NCBI GenBank assembly: GCA_020722965.1
Contig: DYJT01000001.1
Span: forward strand, 41,416-105,415
Direction of reading: 5' to 3'
From: Brachyspira murdochii
GTDB taxonomy: Bacteria; Spirochaetota; JAAYUW01
DNA length: 64,000 bases
The notes under the pieces are model-generated. The model made no database searches and was not told where the DNA came from. It was given only the letters and a program-made list of their open reading frames with translations. Both the position numbers and the translations under genes were made by a program. Positions within the stretch are counted from its first letter, which is position 1, and the number at the start of each line of letters is the position of its first letter. Of this stretch, positions 20,775 through 29,912 are shown piece by piece.

Positions 20775-21526
20775 CAATTAGCAATCAAAAGGGTGGGGTA
20801 GGTAAGACTACGACAATAATTAACCTGGGTTATGCCTTATCTTTGCTAAATAAAAAAATTTTAATTATCGATCTTGATCCTCAAGGTAATGCAACTTCGG
20901 GACTTGGAGTAAGATTAACGGATTCGCAAACTACAATATATGAAGTGATTATGTCAGAGTTAAATCCCAAATCTTCAATCATAAAGATAAACAACATCAG
21001 TCTAATCCCTTCTAATATGCATCTTTCTGGCGCCACAATCGAACTAATAAATGAACCAAATCGAGAATATAAACTATTTAAAGCATTAATAGAATTAAAG
21101 GATGATTATGATTATATTTTAATAGATACACCACCATCTTTGGGTTTATTAACAATTAATGCTTTAGCCGCATCTGATCAGGTTTTAATACCGGTTCAAT
21201 CAGAATTTTTTGCATTAGAAGGGTTATCCCAACTTTTAAAAACAATTAAAAGAGTTCAGAGTTCCATTAATACCAAACTGATATTAAATGGGGTTATTTT
21301 AACTATGTACGATACAAGAACTAATCTTTCTAAAGAAGTGTATGAAGAGGTGAAAAAATATTTTGAAAACAAATTATATAAAACAGTAATTCCTAGAAAT
21401 ATTTCAATTGCCGAATCCTCATCCCATGGTATTTCCGTGATTGAGTATGAACCAAAATCCTCTGGTTCAGTAGCATATTTGAGTTTAGCGAAAGAGTTTT
21501 TACAACAAATTACAATAGAGGTTTAA
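20759..21526 (+). CDS. parA: chromosome partitioning ATPase ParA/Soj (track ORF starts at 20732; GGAG-preceded ATG at 20759 preferred)
   Basis: Deviant Walker A at MGKIVTISNQKGGVGKTT; ParA family. Confidence 0.85.
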   Translation: MGKIVTISNQKGGVGKTTTIINLGYALSLLNKKILIIDLDPQGNATSGLGVRLTDSQTTIYEVIMSELNPKSSIIKINNISLIPSNMHLSGATIELINEPNREYKLFKALIELKDDYDYILIDTPPSLGLLTINALAASDQVLIPVQSEFFALEGLSQLLKTIKRVQSSINTKLILNGVILTMYDTRTNLSKEVYEEVKKYFENKLYKTVIPRNISIAESSSHGISVIEYEPKSSGSVAYLSLAKEFLQQITIEV

Positions 21527-21541
21527 AAGTCGGAGTTCTAT

Positions 21542-22411
21542 ATGACAAAAAAAGCATTAGGTAAAGGTTTAGACGCACTATTTTCGAATGAAATCCCGGT
21601 ATATAACGAATATGAAATTACATCGATAGAAGGGATTCAATATATACCGATAGATCAAATAAATCCAAATCCTGACCAACCAAGAAAAACAATCGATGAG
21701 ACAGAATTAAATGAATTGGCCGAATCGATAAAAGAAAAGGGTGTTTTACAGCCAATTCTTGTCATGCCAGTGAATGGTAGATATCTTATTGTCGCAGGGG
21801 AGAGAAGATATCTGGCTGCAAAAAGAGCAAATCTTCAAAAAATTCCTGCAATAGTCAAACAATTCAAAGAAGAAGAAATACTTGAAATCGCATTAATCGA
21901 AAATATTCAAAGAAAAGATTTAAATCCAATAGATGAGGCTTTTGCTATTAATCAAATAATAGAAAAATGTTCACTCACCCATGAACAGGTTGCCAAAAAA
22001 TTAGGAAAAAGCAGAGTATATGTTACTAATGTCACAAGACTGCTAAAATTACCGTTGATTGTAAAAACTAAAATAATTGAGAACAAGATAACAAGGGGGC
22101 ATGCTTTACCTCTTTTACAATTGGAAGATGAAAAGCAGATAATTGAGATTGCCGAAAGAATTGAAAAAGAAGGTTTGTCTGTTAGAGAGGTTGAAAAGTT
22201 AGTAAAAAAAGAATCAGTAGAAAAAGGAGAAAAGTATAAAAAAGGAAATATCACAACTACTGATAATGGGGATCCATTTATTAAAGATTTAGAAGAAAAA
22301 TTAACCTATAAATATAATACAAAGGTTCAAATTCAAGGGACTCTAGATAAGGGTAAAATCATTATAGAATATTTTTCTAAAGATCAACTTGATTCTTTTT
22401 TAAGTTTTTAA
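21542..22411 (+). CDS. parB: chromosome partitioning protein ParB/Spo0J
   Basis: 289 aa; ParB box IVAGERRYLAAKRA; helix-turn-helix region. Confidence 0.85.
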   Translation: MTKKALGKGLDALFSNEIPVYNEYEITSIEGIQYIPIDQINPNPDQPRKTIDETELNELAESIKEKGVLQPILVMPVNGRYLIVAGERRYLAAKRANLQKIPAIVKQFKEEEILEIALIENIQRKDLNPIDEAFAINQIIEKCSLTHEQVAKKLGKSRVYVTNVTRLLKLPLIVKTKIIENKITRGHALPLLQLEDEKQIIEIAERIEKEGLSVREVEKLVKKESVEKGEKYKKGNITTTDNGDPFIKDLEEKLTYKYNTKVQIQGTLDKGKIIIEYFSKDQLDSFLSF

Positions 22412-23226
22412 TATTTTTTCAACCATTGCTCAGACTTGTATTTTAAATATAGATCTTTATCTATAAGTTCTTTTTCCCATTCTGAAATTTTATCAACTTC
22501 AAATTCTATGTTTAATACTTTTTCAAAGCCATACTTAAAAGCATCGATAGCCATATCTATGGATATATCTTTTTTTAACTCTTCTTTAATTCCAGTAGCC
22601 GAGCTTTTAAAATTTTCTAAGAGTCTATTTTTCAACTCTTTATTTTCAATATTGAAACAATTGAATAATTTATCGGGGTCAATGGTAAATGGAATTGATC
22701 CATGCTGCAAAAAGGAATGTTGGAATCTTTTTTGAGCCGAACCTATTATTTTTTTATTATTAACGGTTATTTCATATATTGATGGAGCGTCGAAACATGC
22801 AGCAGATGAATGAACTGCAGGAAGTTTTTTCTGATTAAAGGATGGATTTAAATTTAAAGATCTTAAACCTTCAGCTAAAGCTTGTGCAATAATCTTATAG
22901 GAGCTGATTAAATCTCTTTCAAATAGAGGATCAGAAGAAGGTATACATACCGAATATGTTATCTCATCAGCATGTAGTACCGCTCTTCCTCCTGTTATTC
23001 TTCTTACAAGCCCAATATTGTTTTCAATACAATATTTGGAATTAATTTCTTTATTGAACTTCTGAAAATATCCTAACGAAAGTGTCGCAGGATTCCATCT
23101 ATAAAACCTTAAAGTAGGTTTTGATGACAAAATGCCAATAGATTTAGCTATGGCTTCATCTGCCGCCATATTGAAAAAAGGGTCATTTAAATCATCAATT
23201 ATAAGCCTCCAAATTTTTTTAACCAT
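22408..23226 (-). CDS. lipoate-protein ligase family protein (short LplA/LipM-like catalytic domain only)
   Basis: 272 aa; BPL/LPL catalytic domain motifs (RRxTGGRAVLH region); lacks the LplA C-terminal domain; 4-nt convergent overlap with parB. Confidence 0.65.
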   Translation of the reverse strand: MVKKIWRLIIDDLNDPFFNMAADEAIAKSIGILSSKPTLRFYRWNPATLSLGYFQKFNKEINSKYCIENNIGLVRRITGGRAVLHADEITYSVCIPSSDPLFERDLISSYKIIAQALAEGLRSLNLNPSFNQKKLPAVHSSAACFDAPSIYEITVNNKKIIGSAQKRFQHSFLQHGSIPFTIDPDKLFNCFNIENKELKNRLLENFKSSATGIKEELKKDISIDMAIDAFKYGFEKVLNIEFEVDKISEWEKELIDKDLYLKYKSEQWLKKY

Positions 23227-23301
23227 ATTTGCTCCTAAAGATGTAATCGAGGATAAAAATTTTACTATTAAATAAAAAATAAATATATAAGGAGTTTAGC
23301 A

Positions 23302-23553
23302 ATGAAATTGAAAAAGTTAATTTATTTTAATCTGTTTTTGAGAAGAAATGGATATTCAGAATATATGTCACAATTAATCATGTTTGTTATCTTCAAATTT
23401 TCTAATATATTTAACAAAGATCCTGATGAGATAACATACATCGATATAGAGAATTACAAAAAAAGTTATTACCTGTCAAATTTAGAACTTGAATCACTTA
23501 AAATATTTTTAAATAAATACCTGGGAAAAGACATTGTGATAAGGGCAAGTTAA
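23302..23553 (+). CDS. hypothetical small protein (83 aa)
   Basis: AAGGAG lies 8 nt upstream of the ATG; no recognisable motif; ends 1 nt before the tRNA-Gly(CCC) on the opposite strand. Confidence 0.35.
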   Translation: MKLKKLIYFNLFLRRNGYSEYMSQLIMFVIFKFSNIFNKDPDEITYIDIENYKKSYYLSNLELESLKIFLNKYLGKDIVIRAS

Positions 23554-23554
23554 A

Positions 23555-23625
23555 AGCACCCGATGGGAATCGAACCCACGTATCCAGCTTGGGAAGCTGG
23601 CGTTCTACCATTGAATTACGGGTGC
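23555..23625 (-). tRNA. tRNA-Gly (anticodon CCC)
   Basis: Reverse complement folds as a cloverleaf: acceptor GCACCCG/CGGGTGC, anticodon stem CCAGC/GCTGG with loop TTCCCAA, T-loop GGTTCGATTCC. Confidence 0.8.
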
Positions 23626-23716
23626 GTATTAACAATTTAGTTGGTTTTATAAAAAAGTCAATAATTGTAGATTGTTAAAATTTAAAAATGCTATATAATA
23701 CTTCAAATAATTAAAG

Positions 23717-24490
23717 ATGGATATTGAAATGAATTTATTTGAATTAGAAAATGAATTAAATTCGATATATAAATTTGATGAATTTGAAGATTTTTGCAAA
23801 AATGGAATTCAGGTTGAAGGGAAAAAAGAGGTAAATAGAATAATATTAGGTGTTACAATTACTAAAGATTTGATAGAGCATTCAATTATAAATAATGCCG
23901 ATGCAATAATAGTACATCATGGTATTTTTGGTAAGAATTTTTTTGAACTAAAAGGCACATTAAAATCTAGAATAAAATTGTTATTGGGAAAAAATATCTC
24001 ATTGATCGCAATACATCTACCAATGGATGCTCAACCAGGAATAGGTCATAATAAAGTGATAGCAGATATTATAGGGTTGGATAATTTAAAGTCTTTTAAT
24101 TTTGGTTTTTCAGGAGATAATGTTGAAAAGTTAAGTATAGAAAATATAAACATAAAAATTATAGATTATTTAAAAAAAAGTAGCGGTAATAGCTTAAATT
24201 TGAAAAACATAAAGATAATTGACTATTTAAAATCAATACCAAACAAAATAACCATAATTTCTGGAGATTCTTATAAATATTTTGAACAGGCTATTTCGGA
24301 AGGTACAGATCTATTTATTTGTGGCACTATTAACGAATATATCCCTCCAATAGCAAAAGAAAATGGTAAATCAATTATAGCTTTAGGTCATTATAACAGT
24401 GAAACACCTGGGATTATTAAACTTGCTCAAGTTTTAAATGAAAAATTAAATTTAAATGCTTCCTGTTGTTTTTTTGAGAATGAATTATAA
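23717..24490 (+). CDS. Nif3 family (GTP cyclohydrolase 1 type 2 / YqfO-like) metal-binding protein
   Basis: 257 aa; conserved His clusters (IIVHHGIF, HLPMD, LGHY) typical of NIF3; internal near-repeat IIDYLKK/IIDYLKS in the insert. Confidence 0.7.
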   Translation: MDIEMNLFELENELNSIYKFDEFEDFCKNGIQVEGKKEVNRIILGVTITKDLIEHSIINNADAIIVHHGIFGKNFFELKGTLKSRIKLLLGKNISLIAIHLPMDAQPGIGHNKVIADIIGLDNLKSFNFGFSGDNVEKLSIENINIKIIDYLKKSSGNSLNLKNIKIIDYLKSIPNKITIISGDSYKYFEQAISEGTDLFICGTINEYIPPIAKENGKSIIALGHYNSETPGIIKLAQVLNEKLNLNASCCFFENEL

Positions 24491-24500
24491 AAGGTTTTAA

Positions 24501-25667
24501 ATGGAAAATAAAAAAAATATTAGATTTATATTAAAAAATTTTAAGCTAATAAAGGATTTGTACTATTTTAATTATGCAAATTATTGTAAAGTCCCTAAGA
24601 ATGTTTTAAGGGAGACAAATAAAACAAATTCGACTTTCTCTTATGGTTCAATTATAGATAAAAAAGCTAAAATTTACCAGGATACCGTTAGAGAACATTT
24701 ATCTTCTGTGTTTGGAGGAAACAAAGAGAAATGGTTTTTTCTGGGTCCTGTTTCATCGGTAATTTCTAATATTGGATTACAATTAATTCGAGATATCAAA
24801 GATGAAAAGAAAAGAGTTCCAATTGTTTCAACATACAAAATGAATTTTCCATCTTTAATCATGCCATTTCTCGCATTTGAAAGGATGAATTTATGCAAAT
24901 TCGAATTTCTTGATTATCCAGAAAAAGGAATAGATAAAAGATGGTGTGAGGAAAATATAAAATCCGATCTTTTCATAATTAGCCTTGTGGATTTTTTTAA
25001 TGGTTTCATTCATGATTTGAATTTAATTCATTCGTATTGCCAGCAAAAGGGTATTAGGTTAATTGTCGATTTTTCTCAATTTCCATTTTGGGGTCATCTT
25101 GATGTAGGTAATTTTAAAAATACCGTTTTTATTTCCGTTTTACACAAATGGTTGATGGGATTTCCAGGGTTTTCTATTTCTTATATGGATATTGATTCCA
25201 AGCCATTATTTCATGGTTGGAAAAACATGTCCAATATTTTTGACTATACAGATTCTTTTGTTAATGAAAGTTATGAAATTTCTAATGTAAATATTACACC
25301 ATTTACAACATTTGAGGGAGCATTTAAATTAACAAACTTAATAGGAATAGAAAAAGTTAATAAATATATAAAGGATTCGAAAGAGTATCTAAATGAAAAT
25401 CTTAGTTACATTGAAAAAGAGTATCAAGAATTTAAAATAATTAAAAGCGATGAAAAATTTAAGGATTTAACCAGTTCAATAATTTCGGTTACATTAGAGG
25501 AAGAAAGCATTAGTCTCTTTAAATATTTAAAATCCAACAATATAATCTGTTCTTTTTTCCCTAATAATTATATTAGATTTTCAACTTCATTCATAACTTA
25601 TAAGGAAGAAATAGATACTCTTGTTAATGCAATTAAAGAATGGATCAGGAATAAGAATTATCAGTAA
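24501..25667 (+). CDS. aminotransferase class V-fold PLP-dependent enzyme (cysteine desulfurase-like)
   Basis: 388 aa; N-terminal YFNYANYCKVP resembles the class V YLDNAATT motif; LIVDFSQ...LHKWLMGFPG resembles the class V DAAQ...SGHK(x)GP(x)G PLP-lysine motif. Confidence 0.5.
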   Translation: MENKKNIRFILKNFKLIKDLYYFNYANYCKVPKNVLRETNKTNSTFSYGSIIDKKAKIYQDTVREHLSSVFGGNKEKWFFLGPVSSVISNIGLQLIRDIKDEKKRVPIVSTYKMNFPSLIMPFLAFERMNLCKFEFLDYPEKGIDKRWCEENIKSDLFIISLVDFFNGFIHDLNLIHSYCQQKGIRLIVDFSQFPFWGHLDVGNFKNTVFISVLHKWLMGFPGFSISYMDIDSKPLFHGWKNMSNIFDYTDSFVNESYEISNVNITPFTTFEGAFKLTNLIGIEKVNKYIKDSKEYLNENLSYIEKEYQEFKIIKSDEKFKDLTSSIISVTLEEESISLFKYLKSNNIICSFFPNNYIRFSTSFITYKEEIDTLVNAIKEWIRNKNYQ

Positions 25668-26448
25668 AACCAACCAATAAAGCTTGTGTTATATGATTTG
25701 GTTTGTCCTTTCTATATGAAGAAAATCTTTCATCAGTATAGGTATTGAAATCTAATGAGAAAATTCGATTTATCGATAACATCTTTAATTGATTAAACAA
25801 AGCTGCTCTATTATCAAAATAAAGTTTTTTATCTTTGTAATGTATAAAATTAAGTAAACTTTTGTTTGTATCATGAATAAGTTGATAAAAATCATCCTGT
25901 ACTTCGTAATTCATATAATATATGGAAGGGCCAATAATTGCGAACCAGTTTTTGCTATCCTCTTTAAGTAAATTATTCCATTCATTGACTAAATCGCAAA
26001 TAACATTTTTAATGATGCTTCTTGATCCAAGATGAATAGATGCACAGGCATTTGTCTTTGTGTTTAATAAAGCTATTGGGATGCAATCGGCAAAGGTTAT
26101 CATACCATATAGATTTTCTTTTAATACCAATACCGCATCAGCATAAGAATTTTGAGATTCTGGTTTATATGCTTCAATAGAAGATGGTTGGGTAGCAATA
26201 ATATAATTTTTATCATGTTGAAGTATTGGGTTAAGCACATTGAAAATCGGTATATTATACCTGGTAAAAAAATCATATCTATTTTTTTTTGAGATAGAAA
26301 TATCAAAAGATTTTTGCTGAAAAGAAAAATTCCCACTACTTTTTTTTGTGAATATAACTTTAAATTTATCAAGATATAATTGAATAGTGAATAAATCTTC
26401 CGTTAAAGAAATATTATTGAACATCTTATAAACCCAGTTCAGAAGCAA
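25645..26448 (-). CDS. YfiH/PgeF (DUF152, LACC1-type purine nucleoside phosphorylase / laccase-domain) family protein; start probably at the Met near 26424
   Basis: Motifs FADCIPIALL and HLGSRS match the DUF152 ADCxP and HAGWRG signatures. Confidence 0.65.
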   Translation of the reverse strand: MLLNWVYKMFNNISLTEDLFTIQLYLDKFKVIFTKKSSGNFSFQQKSFDISISKKNRYDFFTRYNIPIFNVLNPILQHDKNYIIATQPSSIEAYKPESQNSYADAVLVLKENLYGMITFADCIPIALLNTKTNACASIHLGSRSIIKNVICDLVNEWNNLLKEDSKNWFAIIGPSIYYMNYEVQDDFYQLIHDTNKSLLNFIHYKDKKLYFDNRAALFNQLKMLSINRIFSLDFNTYTDERFSSYRKDKPNHITQALLVGFTDNSYS

Positions 26449-28489
26449 TGTTTGCCATTGAAGCGATTGCTATATTTATGAATTCTTCGAGTTTTAATCC
26501 TGTCTTTTCAATAAGCATAATCGAATCGCGATTGACATTTCTGGCGAAATCCTTTTTTTTCATTCTTTTTACTACAGAATCAACTTTAACCTCTGAAATT
26601 TTCTTATTTGGCATGATTAAAGCAGTCGCTGAAATTAATCCTGTAACAGATTCAGCTGCAGTTAAAGCGAAATCAAGATGGTTTTCTCTTTTTACCTTTG
26701 TATACTCTTCATTGTGTGCTTGTATCGCATGCAAAATATTCTCATCAAAATCATAAGGTTTTAAAATATTCAAAGATTCAATTCCATGTTGATCGAATTT
26801 ATTATCAATCATCTCAAAATCTATATCATGTAAAAGTCCTGCAAGGTAAAAGTTATTTATATCTTGTTTGAAGTATTTTGCAAGCCCCTCCATAACGGCG
26901 GCTGATGCAATGGAATGTTTATATAGTGATTCTGAGGTAATATATTTTTTTAATAGATCGATTGCTTCAGAGCGTGAAATAGGGGCAGGTTTTAATTCAG
27001 GAAATGTCGTGTTTGATTTAATATCGCTTTCTAATGGTCTCATTAGTGGAAACAAAACGACATCTTTTAAGTTATCGACATCGCTAATAAGAGCCATAAA
27101 TCTATCTATACCCATACCCCAACCAGCAATCGGTGGAAGGCCATGGTCAACACAGAGACAAAAGTCTTCATCCATTTCAAGAGCATCCTCATCCCCTTCG
27201 GCATGCGCTTTTGCTTGCTGCTCAAATCTTTGTCTTTGATCAATAGGATCAACAAGCTCAGAGTATGCATTAACGATTTCCCAGGTATTGACTACAAGCT
27301 GGAATCTGTCAGTTTCCAGTGGATTACTATCACTTTTTCTGGCGAGAGGAGAAAGATCTATCGGATGGTTGATTAAAAATTGAGGATTAATCATCTTTGG
27401 TCTAGCAACCTTTTTATAAAGTTGGTCGATTAAATTACCTCTTCCTAAGGTATCCATATCTTCGATTTCTATCTTTTTATTTTTAATCTCTTTCCTAAGT
27501 GATTCTGCTGTAGGGAATTTATCTATATCTATATCAGCATGTTGGATTAGGAGTTCTTTGAAAGAATAGATAGGCCACTGACCGGAGAAATCAATTTCCT
27601 GTCCTTTATAGCTGATTTTTAATGAGCCTTTCATCGTTAAAATAGTATGTTGAATCAACTCCTGAGTAAATTGCATTAATAATTTATAATCCCAGTATGC
27701 AGCATAGAATTCTAATAAAGTAAATTCTTGAAGATGTGATGGGTCAATACCTTCATTTCTAAATGATTTTGCAAATTCATATACCCTATCGAATCCACCG
27801 GCAATACATCTTTTAAGATAAGTTTCTGGTGAAATTCTAAGGAAAAGGTCAATGTCTAAAGCGGTGTGATGGGTAACAAAAGGTTTAGCAAGTGCGCCAG
27901 ATTTTTTACTCTGTAATATAGGGGTTTCAACTTCAATAAAATTATTCTTCTCTAAGAAATTTCTAATTGTGGATATTAATTTACTTCTATCCAGAAATCT
28001 TTTCATCGATTCTGGATTAATAACAAGGTCTAAGTATCTTTGTCTATATTTTGTTTCCAAATCGGCTATACCATGCCATTTTTCGGGGAGTGGTCTTATA
28101 GCTTTTGACAATAGAGTAAAGGAATCTGCAAGTATTGTTTTTTCGCCGGTTTTTGTAAGAAAGATTTTACCTTTTACACCGATAAAATCAGCTATATCGA
28201 CATATTTCTTGAAATAGTTTAGTCTATCTTTTCCAATAGATGATTCATCTATAGCAACCTGAATCTTACCAGAAAAATCCTGAATATGAAAAAATATTAA
28301 TTTCCCGAATTCTCTAATAGCTATAATTCTTCCGGCTGCTAAGACAAATTCATCAACTTGCTTTTTCAAAATATCTTCAATATTACCAGTTTTATCAAAT
28401 TTGTTTTTATAAACAATCTTTTCAATATCTTTTAGTTCATCAATTTTCTTAGATCTGATTTTAATAAATTCATTGTCATCATAATTCAT
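26426..28489 (-). CDS. lysS: lysine--tRNA ligase (class II) fused to a C-terminal HD-domain module
   Basis: 687 aa; N-terminal OB anticodon-binding domain; class II motifs 1-3 (FRNEG, core ends DRFMALISDV...VLFPLMRP); about 190-aa C-terminal extension carrying H...HD...H (HSIASAAV...LLHDIDFE...HAIQAHNEEY). Confidence 0.85.
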   Translation of the reverse strand: MNYDDNEFIKIRSKKIDELKDIEKIVYKNKFDKTGNIEDILKKQVDEFVLAAGRIIAIREFGKLIFFHIQDFSGKIQVAIDESSIGKDRLNYFKKYVDIADFIGVKGKIFLTKTGEKTILADSFTLLSKAIRPLPEKWHGIADLETKYRQRYLDLVINPESMKRFLDRSKLISTIRNFLEKNNFIEVETPILQSKKSGALAKPFVTHHTALDIDLFLRISPETYLKRCIAGGFDRVYEFAKSFRNEGIDPSHLQEFTLLEFYAAYWDYKLLMQFTQELIQHTILTMKGSLKISYKGQEIDFSGQWPIYSFKELLIQHADIDIDKFPTAESLRKEIKNKKIEIEDMDTLGRGNLIDQLYKKVARPKMINPQFLINHPIDLSPLARKSDSNPLETDRFQLVVNTWEIVNAYSELVDPIDQRQRFEQQAKAHAEGDEDALEMDEDFCLCVDHGLPPIAGWGMGIDRFMALISDVDNLKDVVLFPLMRPLESDIKSNTTFPELKPAPISRSEAIDLLKKYITSESLYKHSIASAAVMEGLAKYFKQDINNFYLAGLLHDIDFEMIDNKFDQHGIESLNILKPYDFDENILHAIQAHNEEYTKVKRENHLDFALTAAESVTGLISATALIMPNKKISEVKVDSVVKRMKKKDFARNVNRDSIMLIEKTGLKLEEFINIAIASMANIASELGL

Positions 28490-28548
28490 ATTTATACCCT
28501 TTGTTTTTATTTAATTACAATAGAGATATTAAAACACAATATTTATTT

Positions 28549-29892
28549 TCAATTAAAATTTTTAAGTATTTCAGATATAGATGAAACCTTTTCTTTTAAA
28601 GTATTTTCATCAACTGCCTCAACAATGAGTCTTAAAAGTGGTTCAGTGTTGGAAGGCCTGATGTTAAACCACCAGGATTTAAATTCGATTCTGTAACCAT
28701 CGAAATCATATTTATTGATAATTTTTTCTTTACTTGAAATTTGTTGAATTACCTTTTCAATAGCCTCTTTTTTATTATTTATCTTAAAATTTATTTCGCC
28801 GGAATTATGGTATTTTGATATTTTCGAAATCCAATCGGAGATTTTAATATTCTTGTCTTTTAATTTTTGAACTATATTTAAAACCAATATGGCGGTAAGA
28901 ATTCCAGAATCGCAAAAATAAAAATCTTTATAGTAATAATGGCCTGCGAGTTCACCTCCAAAAACCCCATCTATCTCTTTTAATTTTCTTTTTGCATATG
29001 CATGCCCAACCTTCCACATATAGGTAGAAGCACCGAGTTCTTTCAGGTATACATCGACAGACTTAGAAGTTCTGATATCATACAAGATATTAAATGGTTT
29101 TCTATCTTGAAAAAATTCACCGAGTAATGCAATTATAAGGTCTGGTTGGATAAAATTGCCTTTATCATCTATAAACATAACCCTGTCCGCATCTCCATCA
29201 AATATAATACCTAAATCTGACTGAGTGGTTTTTACTAAATCGATAATCTGATGCCTGTTCTCCTCTTCTAAAGGGTTTGGTTCATGAGAAGGGAAGGTGC
29301 CATCAATATTGCTATTTATAGATTTAAAAGATCTGCTAAAGAGTTTATCGCTAAATAAGGAGGCCATACCATTTGAAAAATCAATCACATATTTAATTGA
29401 AAGATCATTATTCTTATAATTTTGCATGTAAGATATATATTTATCATAAAAATCATGCTTAATTATCTTCCCTTTATTTTGGTTTTGAATTATTTTTAAT
29501 TTACTATTTAAAATCGCGTCTTCAATCTGATTTAATCCGTTTTCATAACCGATAGGGACCGAATTTTTTGATGATACCTTTAATCCATTATATTCTTTTG
29601 GATTATGACTCGCGGTTATCATTATTGAAAAAGGGAAATCAAAAAATGATGTTCCAAAATAAATCATAGGGGTAGTTGTTAAACCTGCATCATAAACATC
29701 GACTGATGCATCAGTCAAGCCTGATGAGAGAGCATCAAATATTTCATTAGATGAAAGTCTACAATCTCTTCCTATCAAGATTTTGTTAATATTAAAGATT
29801 TGAGGGATAAAGTTTCCAATCTTATAGGCAATATCTTTATTCCAATCTTTGTTATAAATTCCGCGGATATCATAGGATTTAAAAATACTCAT
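28549..29892 (-). CDS. phosphomannomutase / phosphoglucomutase (alpha-D-phosphohexomutase)
   Basis: 447 aa; active-site TASHNP motif; Mg-binding DGDADR. Confidence 0.8.
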   Translation of the reverse strand: MSIFKSYDIRGIYNKDWNKDIAYKIGNFIPQIFNINKILIGRDCRLSSNEIFDALSSGLTDASVDVYDAGLTTTPMIYFGTSFFDFPFSIMITASHNPKEYNGLKVSSKNSVPIGYENGLNQIEDAILNSKLKIIQNQNKGKIIKHDFYDKYISYMQNYKNNDLSIKYVIDFSNGMASLFSDKLFSRSFKSINSNIDGTFPSHEPNPLEEENRHQIIDLVKTTQSDLGIIFDGDADRVMFIDDKGNFIQPDLIIALLGEFFQDRKPFNILYDIRTSKSVDVYLKELGASTYMWKVGHAYAKRKLKEIDGVFGGELAGHYYYKDFYFCDSGILTAILVLNIVQKLKDKNIKISDWISKISKYHNSGEINFKINNKKEAIEKVIQQISSKEKIINKYDFDGYRIEFKSWWFNIRPSNTEPLLRLIVEAVDENTLKEKVSSISEILKNFN

Positions 29893-29912
29893 ATAGCCCC
29901 CTTTAATCTTTT

